64,000 bases of DNA from Rhizodiscina lignyota (Eukaryota): positions 186,001 through 250,000 of the forward strand of contig ML978134.1 of assembly GCA_010015805.1 (NCBI GenBank), in the 5' to 3' direction. A program made the position numbers and the translations under genes. The notes under the pieces were generated by a model. It did no database searches, was not told the origin of the DNA, and worked only from the letters and a program-made list of their open reading frames with translations. Shown here piece after piece: positions 60,725 to 64,000 of the stretch; position 1 is the stretch's first letter; every line of letters begins with the position of its first letter.

Positions 60725-61221
60725 GTTGAAGAAATTGAAAGTTGATGATTACAATTGAGACAAATTAATGTGGATTAATGTGGAGTTACGTGGATAGAAT
60801 GAGATGGTTAAAGGATATGTATATCAGTCCAATACTTTTATTGCCACATCAAAGGCTCCACCTTATAACCGCAAAATTGTAGAAGCCCCGCCTTGGTGAT
60901 CAAGATGCCGAGACCCGAGTCACCAATGAAGCATTTTCCAGCGTGCTTATCCGACGGAGCATCAACAACCGCGACGGAAAACCTACGTTGATATGTTGAG
61001 AGGCAAAACTGCGCGGATCTCGAATGGAAAAGATGATGAAGAGCTTCAAGTGAGGTTGAAATAGCATTGAGCACGTGCCTTCGCGTTGTGGCGCGTCACA
61101 GAAAGCGCTAGGCGTGCATAGGAGATTAGATCAGAATACTTGCATGCCAAGGCAAAATCTGTTTGCCCGAAAGGAATGGACGCTCAATCAACTACAGCTT
61201 CAGTCTACATGGAACTCTCCG

Positions 61222-62442
61222 ATGAGCGCCTACAACCCCCTTGACGCGACGCACCAGGCTTTCGTAGACTGGGCAACATCTTCCCAAGGCGTTATAATCA
61301 ATGGCATCCAGGCAGCGCGAATTCCGGGCCGAGGACATGGCATCATTTCCTCCCGAAGGATCAAGAAGGATGAACGATTGGTGTTTGTGCCATCGAAAGC
61401 TCTCATCACGATCAATTCTGAATTTGTCAAATCCCTGAAACTCCCAAATCAATGTACTGTCCATGGTCGATTAGCCGCCGCGCTCATGCTAGTTCATTCA
61501 GATGACAGTCGGTCTTACCTACCATGGGAGCAGACTTGGCCAACTATGGAGGAGCTGATGCAGTCGATACCCCTTCAATGGAGTCGCAATCATGTTGACT
61601 TGTTATCACAGTCTGCCAAAGGTGCGGAAACCGCATATTCGAGTATGCGGAGTTGCTGACTCTATCGGATAGCACTTCGCGAGAAGCAAACGTCTAAGCT
61701 TACAAAAGACCGAGATGCATTGAGGCACATTGTACCGCCCGAACTGCTTGACAGTGATCTTTACGTGTACTTCTGGCTTGTCGTGAACACAAGATGCTTC
61801 TTTTGGGATTATCCACCTCCAGGCCGAAAGCGCTTCAAGCGGCGGAAGACTCAAAACGTGGATGATTGCATGGCTCTGTGTCCCTTTGCGGATTACTTCA
61901 ATCATGCTGAAGACGGCTGCGATTTCGACTCCAATCCATCCGGCTGTTGGATCACAGCAGATAGAGATTACGATGCAGGAGACGAACTCTTCGTATCTTA
62001 CGGCAAGCACAGCAACGACTTTCTTCTCGTTGAGTATGGCTTCGTATTGCCACAGAACAAGTGGGACACCATCAAATTGGACGACTATATCCTACCCAAA
62101 TTGACAGCTTCCCAGAAAGATGTCCTGCAAGAATTTAGCTTATTTGGTGATTACACTCTTGACTCATCTCAGATCTGCTATCGCTCCCAAGCTACCCTCC
62201 TTGGTCTTGTCCTTCCAAAGGCGAAATGGCGCCGGTTTCTCAATGGCGAGTATGATAGCGAACACGAGCAGCCAGCAATGGACAAGAAGTGCCTCACGAT
62301 TCTCCTTCAATACCAAGACGATATTGGAAAGAATTTGCGCGCAATCGAACAACTACAGAAATGTCCGGAGAAAGATGCGCTAGCCGAGCGGTGGAAGCAA
62401 ATCGAGACCATGGTCCACAACACCGTTCAGCGGTTGCGATAA
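61222..62442 (+). CDS. SET-domain protein lysine methyltransferase (Rkm2/SETD4-like)
   Basis: GRGHGI, WLVVNTRCF, ALCPFADYFNH, SYGKHSNDFLLVEYGF; intron 61622-61672. Confidence 0.88.
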
Positions 62443-62733
62443 CCGGACCTCCCGATAACGATCAAGTTCGTTAGCTGACCACGCCATTAAGCCAATCAAC
62501 CAAAATGAGACGATTGCGACAAAGGCGCAGTATCGATGCTGAGCCGAGCCATTGTGAGCTTCGGGCACCTTACTCTACCCGTGCCACAGATACCCCGCGT
62601 GTGTAAGGATTGTCTCCAGCCGCTATTCCGAGGAATGGCCACAACAACATTGAAAAGGAGTTGATTGAAGAAACAAAATTGTTCTTACCGGACGTTCTTG
62701 CAGCTATAACCTTGAGACGTGAAACGGTGAAAA

Positions 62734-64000
62734 ATGGGCTCCATTCAGGATAGCGTGACAAATGGCCACTCGCAGCCTCCAGACAGCGAGGAAGGCGGCA
62801 CGTATGGCTTCGACGCACCAAACGGCATTCCACCTGCGAGCGCGAGAGCCAATCCTGCCTACGTGGAACAGATTACGATACCGCTGAACAATGTTCCAGC
62901 TTTCACGCCAAGGAGAAAGTTGCGTGTCGTTACTATCGGGGCTGGTTATAGCGGCCTTACCTTGGCTCATAGATTGCAACACATATACAACAAAGAGATG
63001 GACCAATTGATCGATCATGTCATATATGAAGCAAAAGACCAACCTGGTGTGAGTCAGGCACTCCCCCTCCACCCCGAGTCTTCACGGATCAGTTCCTGAC
63101 GATAATATCCAGGGTACTTGGGTAGCCAATACTTACCCTGGTGTACAATGTGATGTACCATCATGCATTTATGCTTTCCCGTTCGATCCGAATCCAAACT
63201 GGTCTCATTTCTATTCGGTGGGTTCTGAAATTCTCGAATACATACAAAAGACTGTCAAAAAATGGAATCTGGACAAGCATGTCGTATACAACACTCGCGT
63301 CACTGGTTGCTACTGGCAAGAAGACCGCTCTCAATGGAAACTCACGATTGAGCACGACGGTGAAACTCGCGAGGAATACAGCGACGTTGTCATATCTGCA
63401 CGAGGCTTTCTCAGCCATTGGCACTGGCCAAAGATCGATGGACTCGAGACATTCAAGGGCAAGCGTGTGCATTCCGCTGGCTGGGATCACGACTTTGATT
63501 ATTCGCACAAGCGGATTGCCGTTATTGGGAATGGCAGCTCGGGTATTCAAATCCTGCCACAAATGGCAAAGCTAGAAGGAACCGATGTGACGAGCTTTCA
63601 ACGAGGCCCCACGTGGGTGTTCAGCCGTATGACGCCAGCTCAACTTGTTGGCAGCGACGATCCGAGCTTCAATCCCGAGTACAGGCAACAGGACAAGGAA
63701 AAGTTTCAAGATCCGGAGGAGTTGAAGAAGTATCGTAAGGTAGTTCAAGGCGGTATTAATAGTGCATTTCATATGGTAAGTATTGAGCTCTCGTGGCCCT
63801 TGAACAAATCATTGACGAAGCCGCAGTTCGTGAAAGATTCTGAGCAAAACAAGTCCTCGACAGAATTTGCGATTAATCAAATGTCTGCCAAACTCAATCA
63901 CGACCCTGAGCTTTGTGAGAAGCTGATTCCCAAATGGGAACTTGGGTGTCGAAGAGTAACGCCAGGAGACGGCTATCTCGAATCATTCCTGCTTCCAAAC
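62734..64000 (+). CDS. Flavin-containing/Baeyer-Villiger monooxygenase, 3' truncated by window edge
   Basis: IGAGYSG, G|GTWVANTYPGVQCDVP, FKGKRVHSAGWD fingerprint, VIGNGSSG, GCRRVTPG; introns 63049-63112 and 63776-63827. Confidence 0.92.

Noticed and set aside
1..64000. tRNA, rRNA or intact transposable elements
   Set aside because: No cloverleaf, rRNA signature, transposase or reverse transcriptase motif seen by eye; tRNAscan/Infernal were not run

Overview
Eukaryotic DNA from a filamentous ascomycete: short GT-AG introns with CTRAC branch sites, Zn2Cys6 regulators and HET genes. About 29 genes or gene relics are visible. In order: a putative aromatic/ester catabolic cluster (1-8.6 kb); a head-to-head pair of an orphan membrane-anchored protein and a trypsin-fold protease whose nucleophile motif is GDCG; an MFS transporter; a split MAL-type cluster (regulator, alpha-glucosidase, maltose permease); a hemerythrin-like gene; an NCS1 permease; a ~2100-aa secreted PAN/polyproline/Cys-repeat protein; CFD1; an accessory island (frameshifted HET gene, second HET relic, a 72-aa defensin-like peptide missed by the ORF track, and a ~25-unit degenerate 55-bp array); DUF1996; PPX1; a kinase-like gene with repeat inserts; a 90-aa orphan; a class II aldolase; a SET methyltransferase; and a partial BVMO/FMO. 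The most unusual signals are the 55-bp array, the protease/membrane-protein pair, the defensin-like peptide and the giant repeat protein. All calls come from reading motifs by eye; no database searches were run.
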